A stretch of 64,000 bases of DNA. It comes from Tubiluchus corallicola. Lineage: Eukaryota > Animalia > Priapulida. The DNA lies in assembly GCA_030141605.1 (NCBI GenBank), contig JAQGDQ010000222.1, positions 248,001 through 312,000 on the forward strand, read 5' to 3'. Shown here piece after piece: positions 36,101 to 49,400 of this stretch. The notes beneath the pieces were generated by a model. The model did not search any database, was not told the DNA's origin, and saw only the letters and a list, made by a program, of their open reading frames with translations. Position numbers and translations under genes: made by a program. Position 1 is the stretch's first letter, and each line of letters starts with the position of its first letter.

Positions 36101-39100
36101 TGTAAGACCTTCCCTAGACACTTCTTCAATGAACATTTTCATTTCCTCAGAAAGGAGAGGCTCATCCACGGGAAAAGAAATGTCATTTTGGCACTTACTC
36201 TCCAACCAACCTGCGACATATGCACATGCGTTCAGTTCAGTTTTGGAAAGAGTCTCGTCAACACAAATCTCCATAATTTTGGCATCCTCGAAATCAATCC
36301 CATTGCATGTGTGCAACTGGATTTCGGATGATGTGTCTGTGTCCACAAACTCCAGGAATGATGCAGAAAAATGCGCCAGTCTCCGCTTGAATGCTGAACA
36401 GACATCTCCAGCTTGCATGAATGCATTGGCCCCCCTTGACTGCCTGTAAACTGAGAACTCACCCTCTATTCTGTCACTCTGAAGTTCAGGCAATAATACG
36501 TAGTGAAATCCAACAGAAAACAAGTGCCTACAGATAGCGAGGAGTCCCTCCGTGGTCTGAATCAAAGCTTTTCGCGTATCATGTGTCAGGCATTCAATTC
36601 TATTTGGTCCGTGTCCTGATTCGGTTTGCTTAAACAGAGTCAACAACGACTGAAGAGTATCAGATGTATCTGATATATCAGATGTATCGAGATATGTATC
36701 AGATGTATCGAGTTGAACAGATCGATCAGGGTCTCTCATCCTCGTGTCTTGACCTCTGGCAGAAACATTTACCACATTCCACCAGCGTAGCACTTGCTGA
36801 AAGTATCCTGGGCTCCTCGAAGTCTCAGCGATGCAACGACACGATCGTTGAACACCCTCAGGACATGTTGCACATTCTGGAGCTGAAGTTTCGATGGGAA
36901 GACTGCAGAATATGTCAAAGGTGTTGACTTCAGCACATTGTCTTTCTCAGCTTTGTAAAGACTTTTTACTTCAGCAAATGAGCCAACAGTTTTCTTGTCA
37001 AACGATAATCTCTGACATTTCTCCGTGACCCAGTTGTTCCTGATACATTTCAGAATGTGGACGGTATCATACAACAGGAACCACACTCGTGTATTTTCCA
37101 GGGGATGTTCAGCCTCCCAGTCTGTTCGTCTGGTAAACAATTTGCAGTATTGTTGGTTGATCTTGTGGTTGTCCGTCATGGACCCTAAAACAGTTCCTCC
37201 CGAATTCTCAACCACTGTAGCAGCCTCCTTCACGACAGAGAATTGATATGCAGCAGTCAGCTTGTGAACGGGGGTCACTGATATCATCACGCTGGGGCCA
37301 CCATGTAGACATTTAGCCATCACATAGCATTGATGTAGCTTTACTGTCTGGCTCATTTTTTGCCATGCCATTTAGCACACCCCCTGAAAAAGCCACTGTT
37401 GGGCGTATTTTCACTTCATCCACCAATAGCATACAGTGTTTCTGCTCAGAGCTTTTCGCTTTCTGAAATGTTTTACCTAGCACCTTGTCAATATCTATCG
37501 ATGAAATAACTGACTGCAGCTTTCTTTTGCTGGGTAACACTAAAAAGTCACGCAGTTGTTCGTAATTGCAATGGGGAAATGACTGTATTGCAAAGCAATA
37601 ATCAGACACTGTGAAAGTCTTATCACATAATAGTCGAAGCTGTCGTGTTAGAAATTTGAGCTTCTTGGCTTTAGCATTAACACTAGGAGATTGTTCTCGA
37701 TTTTGAGCTAGTTCAAGTTCAAGAGACTTTGTCACTTTGTTGACAATATCATCAACATGATGAATGTGGTTGACAACAGAATTCACAACCGCAAAAAATT
37801 GTGAGTAAGAGGACAGCCCATTGTTTGGACTGAGGATTTTACTTAATGGCACACTGATCCCGTTTTTGAAAGCATACAGAGTAAGAGGGGAACACAAGGT
37901 AGGCTTATTGTGAACAATAATTGACATATAACATTGACTGTGGTCCTCTTCCATGAACATGCACACAAATTTGTCTTGTGTGCGAGATATAATGAGGTTC
38001 TGATACGTCTTATGCAGGTCTTTCTCAGGAGTGAATTCATTGAGAGAAGTTATTTTATCCTTTTTAAAGAAATAATTCAGCTGCTGGTCCTCAGTTTTTG
38101 GAGGGCGAGGTGGTGGCTTTGGAGTGGGCAAGCATGATGTTGGAACGTTGAAAATACTGGGTGGATCCACTGGCCTGTTGTGACCACCTGGAATTTTGAC
38201 CATTTGAGTATCCGATGGCCAATGCTTTTCGCAAATGAAAAATTTCGTTGGATCAACAACAAGGCCTTCGCGTGGGGGAAGAACACTTAGCCATTTCTGT
38301 TTTTCTACATGATCTCTTGGCAGTCTGAACACACGACACTTGTTTTCCGTGTCATAGTTACCTTTGCATTTAACAACACCACACTTGTTAGGCATGCTGC
38401 TGAGCACAGATGTATAAAATCCACGAGAAATTTTGAAAATAATCCACAAAGAAACACGAAAACAACGCTTCATTTGAACAATGACACATTAACAATGACA
38501 AAGCACTACTTCCGGTAAAACACACTTACGCTTAAAGTAGTGCGCTATTTAAGAAGCAAAAATGAACACTAATTTCCTTTGATACATAAAATAAACAATT
38601 GGTACTTTTCTCCCGTAATGTAAAGAACCAATTAAATGAAAAATAATACTCACTATCTACCGATCCACCCATTCTTTAATTTTTAAGATCACTACTCTCT
38701 AAAGCGCACTATTTATAGATTACGTTCATACAAGTATTGATCGCCTCCGCTGGCGGAATCAGAGATCTAAGCGTGCACGTCCTGTGTATAGTAGTCCTTG
38801 CCTATAATGTAAAATGTATTGTTCATTTGCAACATCTTCTTAAATGATTTCGGGCAAATATTACACTAAACTAGGTATTTTTTGCTCAGCAATCACTCCT
38901 TGTTTATTCACATCATCATGCAATGTTGTAAATAGAATGGCAAAAACTCAACATCCTCAAACTATCTACTGAAAACCACATTTTTTATTATTTAAAGGAA
39001 CTAACTGAATTGTTCTCTACTAAAGGAGGCGAACAGCTTGCCTCAGAATATGAGATAAATTTCTTGGGATCATTACCTCTAGACATGGTAAGCATTTATC

Positions 39101-39950
39101 AATATTGGATTTAGTGGATTGAGAGTCTTTGAAAAATTTAATTTGTTTAAATAAGGGTAATGTGATAGTAGTATGTGCATTTTGTGACTGTACAGTTAAG
39201 TTAGAGGAAGTTTGTTTTATTTCCATTCTATGTTTTCTTATAACATTTCAGATTAACAGCCAATGCTTTATCTCGAGGAATACTGAAGATATTTCAAAAA
39301 TAGGTTATTACAAATGACTAAATTAAAGAAGAACAATAAGAGCTTCATAATCAACAATAGTATTTCCGTACGTGATCTTTAGAATGTTCTCTAAAATAGC
39401 ACCAACCAATGTGATTTCTATAATTTTCTAGTCTTATTCAATTTCAGATTCACATAATTTTTCTATAATTTCCACTCTTATTCAGTTTCAGATTCACATA
39501 ATTGTAAAGTTCACTCTCTTCAATTTTTTTGTTGAAGCATTACTTTGCTGTTGTATTTTTCACACTTTATGACATCTGTATAATTTGAGTAACTGTGAGT
39601 TCAGGTCTCGGATACAGAGAATTAAAGCAGTCTAAATTTCTAAGACTAAAAGCTGCTGTTTTTACATCTTTAATATGTCATTTTTTATTGTAGTAGGAAA
39701 CTTCTATATAGCAGTTTTCTGTCATTTCAGTAATTCTTTATAAGTTAGCTGAACCTTAAATGAATATTAATGTAGTTAGTAATTAATAATTTTTCTTAAT
39801 CTGTTCTTTTATAGACTGTTTCTTTTTCAGGCATTAGCTGAAAGTTGTGATACTGGTCAAAACATTTTGTCTCGGAATCCAGAAAATCAGTCAGTGAAAG
39901 CTTTATTCGAGTTTGCAGAAAATGTTGCAAGAACTGTTGAAAGTGGGTAA
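27356..39950 (+). CDS. NUBP1: Cytosolic Fe-S cluster assembly P-loop NTPase, NUBP1/Nbp35-like, 8 exons, 307 aa
   Basis: Exons 27356-27397, 31303-31366, 32415-32560 (GC donor), 32910-33013, 34924-35075, 35231-35436, 38998-39087, 39831-39950 = 924 nt in frame. N-terminal 4-Cys motif, [49 protein letters not shown]. The exact paralog identity is uncertain. Confidence 0.85.
27472..29136. mobile_element. Tc1/mariner-pogo-like non-autonomous element with CAGT termini and nested insertions
   Basis: Left ta|cagtaggacctacaatttatccggac vs reverse complement of right end cagtaggacctcgattatccagac; the right TA is not preserved. Confidence 0.55.
27615..28110 (+). mobile_element. Degenerate 3' end of a non-LTR retrotransposon ORF
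   Basis: Remnants [10 protein letters not shown].. and [26 protein letters not shown], resembling a decayed C-terminal CCHC knuckle; contains stops and frameshifts. Confidence 0.5.
29760..31245. repeat. Two diverged ~340-bp direct-repeat units (29760-30110 and 30625-30966) with (TA)n and (CAC/GAT)n tracts; possibly Helitron-derived non-autonomous elements
   Basis: Shared blocks agcagcttttactgaa, gagtataatggatga, gagtcccaccaggcgcc and gggagttgggtc.gggaaaatgccc; minus-strand ...gctgggtctttgCTAG|T end near 30187. The family assignment is inferred. Confidence 0.7.
33322..33430 (+). mobile_element. tRNA-derived SINE head / pseudo-tRNA (Thr-TGT-like)
   Basis: A-box-like tagtggtgtaagg, arm catctg..tgt..cagatg, perfect T arm cctgg-ttcgaat-ccagg; the acceptor stem pairs poorly. 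A similar head followed by caacttttc occurs at ~52494-52570. Confidence 0.6.
35454..38800 (-). mobile_element. Full-length P-element-superfamily (THAP) DNA transposon, 3347 bp
   Basis: 65-66-bp TIRs (35454-35519 and 38736-38800; CAAG...CTTG termini; 1 indel and 3 substitutions); 7-bp TSD cctataa (35447-35453 and 38801-38807). Confidence 0.95.
35837..38395 (-). pseudogene. P-element/THAP9-like transposase split by two frameshifts
   Basis: THAP zinc finger ([22 protein letters not shown]), [51 protein letters not shown]; spread over three overlapping ORFs with breaks near 37320 and 36795. Confidence 0.88.
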
Positions 39951-42900
39951 CTTACTTTTTACTGTTGTGCAGTAAAGTATGACGGTAACTGGTAACTCTT
40001 ACTTTATGTGAGCATCTTGCGCATTTTATATCAGTTTTTTTTTCTATAAAAATAAATGATGCTACAAGCTTATATTGTTGACAGGCTGAAATAAAATGTA
40101 CCACTGATGCTTGTTATAGCAGTAAAGAGCAAAATGGCATGCCTTAAAATCAGTTTGTACTGTTCGTGTTACCTATAGCACTATTGGTTGCTTTTAACTA
40201 ATGAATCTCAATATCAAGTGTATAAAAGTCAATATAGTGTTACAGATGTTTTAAGGAAGTAGTCTCCAATAGCTTACAGTAAATGACTTGATTGTAAGAA
40301 AACAAAATTTCACCATTTTTACCTGCCCTGCAGAATGTCTGGGTTTAAAACCAAATTGAGGAATTAAATTTTTTACATTTCTAACTTTTACTATTTTTGC
40401 TTACATATTGGTGCATACTGTGATATTATTATTAGTAACTGTTGGAAAATTACTCATTTAATTATTAATTATTAATGATTTGTTAATTACTAAAAATGCT
40501 AAATGTTATTTTACATAAAAAATACAAGGATAACATTTGTAACGGCCTAAATTCACAGCCTAAGTCTTTCCAGGACGTGGTGCGCGTAGCTCCCCGAAAG
40601 TGCTATGTAATTGCAGTTTCGTTTGTGTATACGAATGTCACTGTGTAAAAGAACTAAATTCCAAAGTCAAGCAAACCATTAATTTTTTTTATTTTCGTAT
40701 AATTTATATTAATAAATATATTAAATGAAAATTCAGCAAGCTTATAACTAATATGTTACTAATGTTACTACACCAATATGCCGATGTACTCGCAGCTTTG
40801 CCTTCACGAAAACCATAACCATTGTCCATCTCCACCATTACCATAACCACGTAGTCACCACATCCATTGTCCCTTGGCCACGTCCACTCCAGTAACCAGC
40901 CACTGGATTAGACCGCAACTACCATGGACCAGACCGCCTCGCACCAAGACTAGGCTCCTTAACCGCCACCGTAACCTTATCCGTAACCATAACCAACCTG
41001 CTGCCAACCAGCTAACTTGTAGTGCCAAATTCCATAAGGATGCAGCCGACAGTGCTTTGGCTTATCCAATAACGTCCGTCTTGTCATATAACTAGTGCCT
41101 TTCCAAAGTCGTCAGGCATTAGAAAAACATCAGACTAAAGAGGTAGTTCCAACTCAGCATACTAGTAGTACTTTAAATAGCGTGTTTTAATGAAATAATA
41201 AAAATTGTACTTCATGACCAAAATCTTAGGCCAAATATATGAAACAAACAGCTTCGCAACTTAAAACCAAACTGACTACTTGACTCGTGTCCTGCCAAAC
41301 CGTGCATAGAAAAAAAGGTCACTATTCATTTCAAGTTAGGCAGTCCAATTGGACGATTCATATATTAAAGCCAGCAATGCATAGGAAATGTCATGCATAC
41401 TGTTCTAGCTATACAGAGAAGAAATACAGGTATACAGCAAAATATATCAACTGAATTATGCAAAGTTGAATGATAATTTGTCCGGACTGGACAACAGGAA
41501 GGTGCCAAAATACAGGCGCTAATTATGAAACTTAAAATGACCTACTTTTACAAAAAAAACTTTAAAATAAAAGTTTTGTAATATGCGGTTGTGCTTCAAA
41601 ATTAAAAAGATAATGTTTTCTCCTCCTAAAAATATACAAGGAATACCATTCTAGTATTGTAGCCTACTGTGTATAAAAATGCACTGTTATGTCAGACTAC
41701 TCACACTGCCATAGATTTAGTCAAAAATTAAGTACTACAATAATTGAGTTGCTACAATTTAAAAATGTCACAGATTGGACATACATTATACTGAAAGGAA
41801 AAGTTTACTTTTACAAAATTGCTAAATTTGGTGTGTATAATAATTCCACTCCTTACATATTTGTTCCACTCCTTATGTATTTGTCAAATCACTGATGATG
41901 CCAGTTATCTGTCGAAACTTTAAATTTCACTCCATAGTAGTGTTGTTACTAACTGTATCAGTATATTCTGTATATTTTTTTTGTTACAAGAAACATTAGC
42001 TCTGAAACTTAAAAGTGTTGAAAAAATCTTGACCTATGTTGAGAGTTGAACCAATAACTTTTGGTTGGACACAAAAGTATCACAATATGAGTCCGAAAAC
42101 TATTGTGCGGAAAAAACAATGAGGAAGCATTTTGAAAAAGGGGTTCAAACTGACATTGTGTAGTAAACAATTGATTATTGTTAGGTATTACTAAGTATTA
42201 AATTGTTGCTGTGTGCAGAGTACTTTACTTCACAATATCAGATGACACTCAGTCATTTTCAATGTATTAATAATTTTATAAATAGCCAATTGTATAATGA
42301 AACTTGTACATACTTGTTTGAATCTTCTTTATAAGTTTGATTAGTTTTAAAATATGTATTTATTGCTTGTTGCCACACTTAATTTGTTACTTCTGATGAA
42401 TCAAAAACATTTCTTAACCTTTTTGACATTGATATTTCTTTACTACTTTTTAAGCCATTCTTAGTCCTTGACTAAATAGTGGCTATTTAGACTTTGTATC
42501 ACTTTATGTTTTTGTGATTAAATGTATTTTAGTGAAGTTACTGAAACTTCTACCTTTAATGTATTCTGAGTTTTATAATTCTTTTTTACATGTAAACATT
42601 TTTAATACAGCTTTGCTATTTCAAATGTATAACAATAATGCATATATAATAATTATTGTAGTTATAACAATAATTGTAAGCAGTATTTTAATTCAGAGTA
42701 AAAATATCATAAATTTCAAGCTTTAAATATTGTTGTATGGTTGGAGCTTACAAACTTACAATTTGTAAATGTGAGGATAGTTTGTGCTAGCTGGTAACAA
42801 AGTGTATAAAAAGTTACTAACAAGCACTAGTTTGATTTGCAATACTTGGCAAAAAAATTAATTTTCCAAACCAGCAAATCCTACCTATAGAGGGTGATAT

Positions 42901-43496
42901 TACCTGTCAATGTTTAGTGTACATGTAAATCGTACCTGTTCATGTGCAACTTGTAACTAGATCAAAACAAGTAAATTAATTTGCCTACTAGTACAGCTGC
43001 AGTACAGAATATCAATATAAAAAAATAAATGCTTGTTTTAAAAAGCTGTGGTATTTATTTACTACTATACATTTTTTATGTAACATTGAAAAATTCTAAC
43101 AAAGCTGAGCACTGTGTATTTTGGTTTTACTAGTTTAGCCTAAATTAATTTTGGCAAAACAAACTTTTAATATACTGCAGTAAACAATCATTTGTTTCAA
43201 GTAATAAATGTACAAATATAGCCATGTTTAAGAAAACATCCACTATAGGAAGTTATAAACTACAAATCTTATCTAAGTGTTGAACTCTCCTTCACACAAA
43301 TTTTGTTACTGTGATTTAAACTTAATAATTAGTTTATCAAATCGAAATTCCCCTTATCAAATTATCAAAACTCTAAAAACAAATTTAATCCCCTGAAACT
43401 TGGGTCTTTTCTTCATAAACAGTGAATTATAAATAAAAGGGAACTGATTTCAATCATTAGCAGCTTAAAACTATATTTGGCTATGTTGTGAGCTAC

Positions 43497-46400
43497 TTAT
43501 GCTTTTACTGGAGCTAGGTCAGCATTGATTGTTGCTGTCTGGCCTACAAGTCCATGGTCTTTGATCCTTTCTTGTAGTCCTGTTTCCTGGAAAGATGCAG
43601 GTCCCTTCTTTGGAGGTTCATGACAGATCTTCTTGTGGCCTGCTTTCCAGTGTATCTTCTGGCATTGTGGAGAACAGTACCAAGCTTGTAGGCATTTTCC
43701 ACATGCTTTGAAGTTTTTCATCGGTGGAACTGGTGTGGCACCACACTGGCAGCATGTTCGCCCATTGTCTCCCTCAAATCGGCACCTCTGACATTCACAC
43801 ATGAAATTGTAAGCTCGAAGAAGCCAGGCTCGACGTAGTCGTCGTGACAGAGTCGTGTCTACATAGACGGTGCAAACTTCTTCACCAGGTTCTATAAGAC
43901 GTATGGCTTTAGCTTCAATACCTGCTTGTGTGGAAGTATACTGTGCATCCATCACGTCAACATTCTTGTCGCAAGAATGATTTAGACATGACTGAAGCTG
44001 GAACAGACCTCCGAACACTTGGTCATCTGGTGGCTGAAGTCCCTCGATTTCTTTCTGGAGAAGGTAAAAGTCACTTTCCTCTGACGTCAGTCGAGCCATG
44101 AATGTTCCATGTATTAGAGTAGAGTACAGCGTAGAACTAAAGCTCTGGGCATTGCAAGCAACTTGGTAATACCTTTTCTCAAACTCTTCCTCTGTAATAT
44201 CTAAAGCAATGGTGCTGTCACAGTTTTTGAATATCTGTGCCATCATCTGCACCATATTCGGGATGGACTTAGCGTAGCCACTTGTACCGCTGGACACAAA
44301 CCTGCGAAATGGTATTTCTGCAACATCGAAGTGGAACTGCGTCGGTGTCTCTGCCATATCATCCACCATGCTGAATTTTGTAACGGATGCAATTGATGCC
44401 CAAAGCCGTGCCAGCATCATGGGACTGAAAACAGAATTCCAAGTGTGCTTGATAATGTTTTCTCCACGTTCACAGAAATCGAATAGCTCCGCTGCTTCTG
44501 GATTTTTTTCCGGACAGAGGAATTGATGGTGCATTTTCCATGCATTTTCAAGGCATTCTCTGCTACAGTATTTCTCCCTGTAACACGATGGATTGCAAAC
44601 TATTATGATTATGTTGAAGCTAAGATACATATTCAGTAGACATTTTTAATGTGAAAGCTTCTTGACCGTTGAAGTCGTCCAGCACTGTAGTCATTGGTGA
44701 TAGAAAACAATTAATTTTTTCTAAAATATACTAATCAAGCTGACTTTCTGCAGTAGTCTGTTTTCGGTATATTAGTCAAGTTATCACTGCCGCATTTGAT
44801 TGTGCCAACCATGTGGACAGTTTCATGATTTTATTATACACTAATTTCTTAAAACTAATCTCTCGTCATAAACAAAAACTTTCAGTTTATTTTTGAAATT
44901 AGGTTTATACCTGTTGCAGTGCAGACATGGTACTATTTTCACTACTGGCCAGTGTTTTGCCACAATATCTTTCTGACGCTCAGAGAGTTGCTCATACTTG
45001 TCTCCAAACCAGTCTTGTGGCCGAAATAAAGACCTGTAATCAATAAAAGGTACTCAGTGTTTGTGCTGTTTGTGCCAATAACTATCTTATTACAGTGTTA
45101 CATGGTTAAATGTATTATGTAGCTATAAGGATAGTGTTCTTTACAGGAAAGTTGCAAAACTTTGATCCTACCTGGAGCACTGCGCACATGCTGGAGATTT
45201 TTTGGCAGAGTCAATTGTTTGTGCACTCACCACGGGAGTGTCACGGAAGACTATCTCTCCTGGCTGAATTTTCCTTTCTGCATAAACTCCTTTTCCACTC
45301 TCTGTCGTGAATTTTACCTGTTACACAAAAAATGATACTATCTGCAAAAAATGCACATATATAACGATTTTTGGAACGTTAAAATAATGTAAACTTTATA
45401 AGTTTTTCTTGGTGTAACCTGCTGGATGTGTATATAGGCACTTCTCACCCTAATTCCATAGCCACCCTTCACTGGCTTTAAGCATCTCTGTAAAGTTCGA
45501 TTTGACGATGACCACCTCTTTCTTTTCCTCTTTTTCTTTGTCAGGCGTCGCCCACGTGCCCTTTCTTCTTCCGTATCGGAATCTGCATCGTAATTCTTCC
45601 TTACCTCCTCGTCCGTATTGGGAGAGTCTCCTTTTGGTGACTGAAAAAGATGAGAGATAAGTCCAAGAAATAATGAACAGCATTTTGAAGACATGCTGAC
45701 ATAAAAGACTTATCTTCTCATCTTTTTTCAATCACTGCCAAATGCTAATGACCCCCATTTTTGCAGCATTCAATTGCCTATTGTCGTTTATTTGTAGGCT
45801 ATTGTCTGCCTTCTTATTTGTCTGCAATGAACTGGGCCTACCAGATTTTTTTTGTCTAAGTTTGTCCCCTTCCAGCCTGTCATTATGCAAGTAGAAAAAT
45901 GATTTGGCAACAGGTGATCGAAATTGGTCATTGCTTAACTTTGCGACTAAACCCAGTTTTTACTTGACCTCGCGAGTTTTCTTCTAGTGTGTTTCTTGAA
46001 GTAAATCTCACCTGAAGAGGCCACTGAGAGACGTTGACAGATTGGTACAGTCTTTTGGTTCTTGCGACTTGAAACAGAAGCAGTGCCTCTTCATCATTAT
46101 AATCACTCTTTTTCAATGCTTCTCTCAACCATTTCTCAGCCATCACATACTGTCCAAGTGAAGTAAGGATCTTGCCTTGAAAAAATAATCCATACTTCAT
46201 ACACAAGTTGACACAACTCCGATGAACAAACATTATGTCCACACAAATGCAGTGAAGCCTTACCATGCGAATGCCATAATATAAAATTATATAATCTCTA
46301 AGTTATTAGAAATTATATATTATACATTATCATTTCGAAATTATAGCTGCACTTTTTTATATGTTCACTTTTTAGTCTGAAGACAGTTATAACCATGAAA

Positions 46401-49400
46401 AGTTGTTTCAATTTGGAAAAAAATCCAATTTTGAAACAAGATGCTGTAGTGTGTAATGGTATCCATGCAAATTTCAGTCCACCAGTATTCAACTACGGTC
46501 AAGGTAAAAACATTGTGTGTACTCAAAACAACATTTCAATTATTTACAGAACAGCTTTGCACACAAACATTGATGATTAACATGGTACCATTTAACTTTG
46601 TGCTGATGTGTCCCATCTGGTTCAACCAAATGTTTTTCCCCTAAGTGAACTCAAACCTTACTTCATTTAGCCGCCTTAGGTCAACATCTAGTACTTAATT
46701 ATTGGCTTATTTTGGCACTAAGGTTTTACTTTCTTCATCCGAATCGTTCATAAAATGAATGGTTATATATATATATATATAGACAAAAGTCAGAACGATT
46801 TCAAATGCATGCTAGGTACTTCTTATTTGAGTCGCAGACTATCGTCTAATGTTATTTTTAAGTTTATTTTTATTATGAGATTTGTATTAAAATCCCAGAT
46901 TTGTTTTGCAAAATGGTCAGGATTTGGTGAGCTCTAAGTTTGCTAGATAATAGTAGATTTAGACAAATTGAGTTGTTTGCACTTGTGTTAATAAATCCGA
47001 CCTACTCTTGACATTTTTAGTGCAACAGTGTCGCGAAATTTTTTTCTTTAGTAAATTGTCAGAATTCTCATATTTAGATGGCTAAACCATGCGTGTTTTA
47101 GCATGAAGATCTCGTCTCCTACTTTTTTGAACGTCAACACTTCTAGTTGGCTCTTTAGCAACTAGAGCAGTCAGTGATGCGATCTATAAATTTTTCGAAA
47201 TGGTTTATGTTTCTCGTAGTTTTTGTGCGCTTCAAGATTTCCACTGGCATTAAGAGCTTCATCTACAGTTACAAGTATATTTTATCTGATTCTGGTTGTA
47301 GCAAGTTGTTGTACGTGTGGTGGCAATCTTAGACTTTAGCTGTAGTGCGAGACTGCCCTAAAACTTGAAATGTTTAGAGAGAAAAATGCAGGCATTAAGT
47401 ATCTGTTCTTGTATGTAACCTCCAAATACTTATATTAAACGTTCAGTTAAAATCGTTTAACTCGGGCAGATCGGTATTCGTTTGCTGTTCCGTTAAACTG
47501 GTCTTTATTTCAAAGTACTTAATGTGTTTTTGAGCTCGGTGGTAGCTAAATTGTTGCAACTACATCAGGATACCTGCTCTTGGCACCTAAAGTCTGTGGA
47601 AAGAGAGCACCTGGAGCCGTGGCCCCATGGCATCCACATTCTATTCTTCTGTCAATGACAATATGTTTCTGGATGACCTTAAAGTTTGCACATGTAAGTA
47701 ACAACCTTCAATGGCCAGGCCTACTTGATGTAGGTATTGCAGCGAGCTTGGAACCCTCGCGTGGCAGATAACCAGAAACAATACGTCACATGAATGAAAG
47801 CAGTTTTCATTCTGGTCACTCATCCATTTAATGATTAGGCTCAGGATTCCTTAACTTTAGTCGCTAAATGCACACACTGCACTCTAACCGTATTTAAGTA
47901 GCAAGTCAAAAGATGGCATAACTTACCGACTTTAAACCACAACAAGTCTTGATATGACTTCATATATTCCAAAGAACAATCAAGGAACTGTTATTCGCCT
48001 TATGAACACCTTATTGAAACATCTAAGTTCACTATTTCCATAACGGGCAAGTGTGGACAAACCTTTGTACTATCTAATCTGTGTAAAGAATCATCATTTT
48101 GGCCAGAACGTTGTCATAGTCACAGATAGACTATGAAGCAGTATAGCTACAGTGTAAACAAAAAATAATTCATAAACAGTTGGAAGTTTTCCCATTACCA
48201 CACATTGCTGCCAGACACACACTGTCACCTAAATTTTAGTGTAAACAGATGTTTGTTTTTTGCAAACTTGCGCTATGTTTATTTCTTGTTCTGTTTCTCT
48301 AAATTCTCTAACCTGGAACAGGTTGGCAATCTATTTATCCAAACTTGTTTTTGGCAGGCATTTGGGTCGCATATACTGACGGCAAAGACGGCAAGAACTG
48401 CATGATGCCAGATACGTTTGTTATTCTTCTTTGGGTTGGCTTCTCTTAGTAGCTTCCCACAACATGGAATGGTTTCTCCTTTCCAACACCCCGCGTTTGT
48501 GTCAAAATGTGCTTTAGCGTACGTTTATGTTTTTGAAAGTTATTATTATTATGCTGTAAATCTTTTATTCAGAAAATACATAAAGTACATTCCAAATTGT
48601 GCCCTCTAATTGCAAGGCAATTGTGCAATTTATAATATATAAATAGTTCAATAATACATGCAATACGTAATTACATTTGCAATTATAAACACGTAAGTAG
48701 TTCTATATACAAAATTTAAATTTATATACAACAGCTCACAGACAAAAGATCTAATTGACATTGTTAGTAGTGTTACTAACTAATTATACAGTCTATTTTA
48801 CAACTGTTACCTATTTTAATTATTTATTAGTTAGTATGTTATATTAATTAGTTATATTAATTAGTTAGTGACCAAGTTATGTATAATTCTCAAATACAGT
48901 TTCTTCGCGTTGTCTGTATACACTGTATATACCTCTCTTACCAGTTGCATTTTTCAAAGCTGTCCTGAGTTCATCTAGTACTAGCGGGCAATCAAAAATT
49001 AAATCTTCCAGTGTTTAGATGCTACCACATTGTCACTGTCCACATTGTCACTTCAACTAATCCTACTGCTTAAAAGCTAGCTGCATGTTATGTTGCCACT
49101 CTCTGCTATTGATCTGTGACAAATTTGTTTACATGCAATTGTATTTGCAGTATTTGCTGTATTTTGTTCTGCGTGTTGTTTTGTTTGTATTTTGAGATTA
49201 GCAAACTGGTATTAAACTCTCATTACGGGAAATTTCCACACCTTTATTCTTACAAAGGATTTTGCCTGAAAATATCTCCAGCTGGAAAATACCTGTAAGT
49301 TGGCTACGACTGAGATTCCGTTTCTTGTCTCCATTTCGTACTTAGCAAGATTTTCATCCAGCTCGCTTATATAATAGAATATAATTGCTATAATAGAATA

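Noticed and set aside
40740-41100. GC-richer island with ORF 40874-41095, or a Gly-rich peptide on the minus strand
   Set aside because: No recognisable domain or splice context, stops on the minus strand, and (TAACCA)-like low complexity suggest a repeat remnant.
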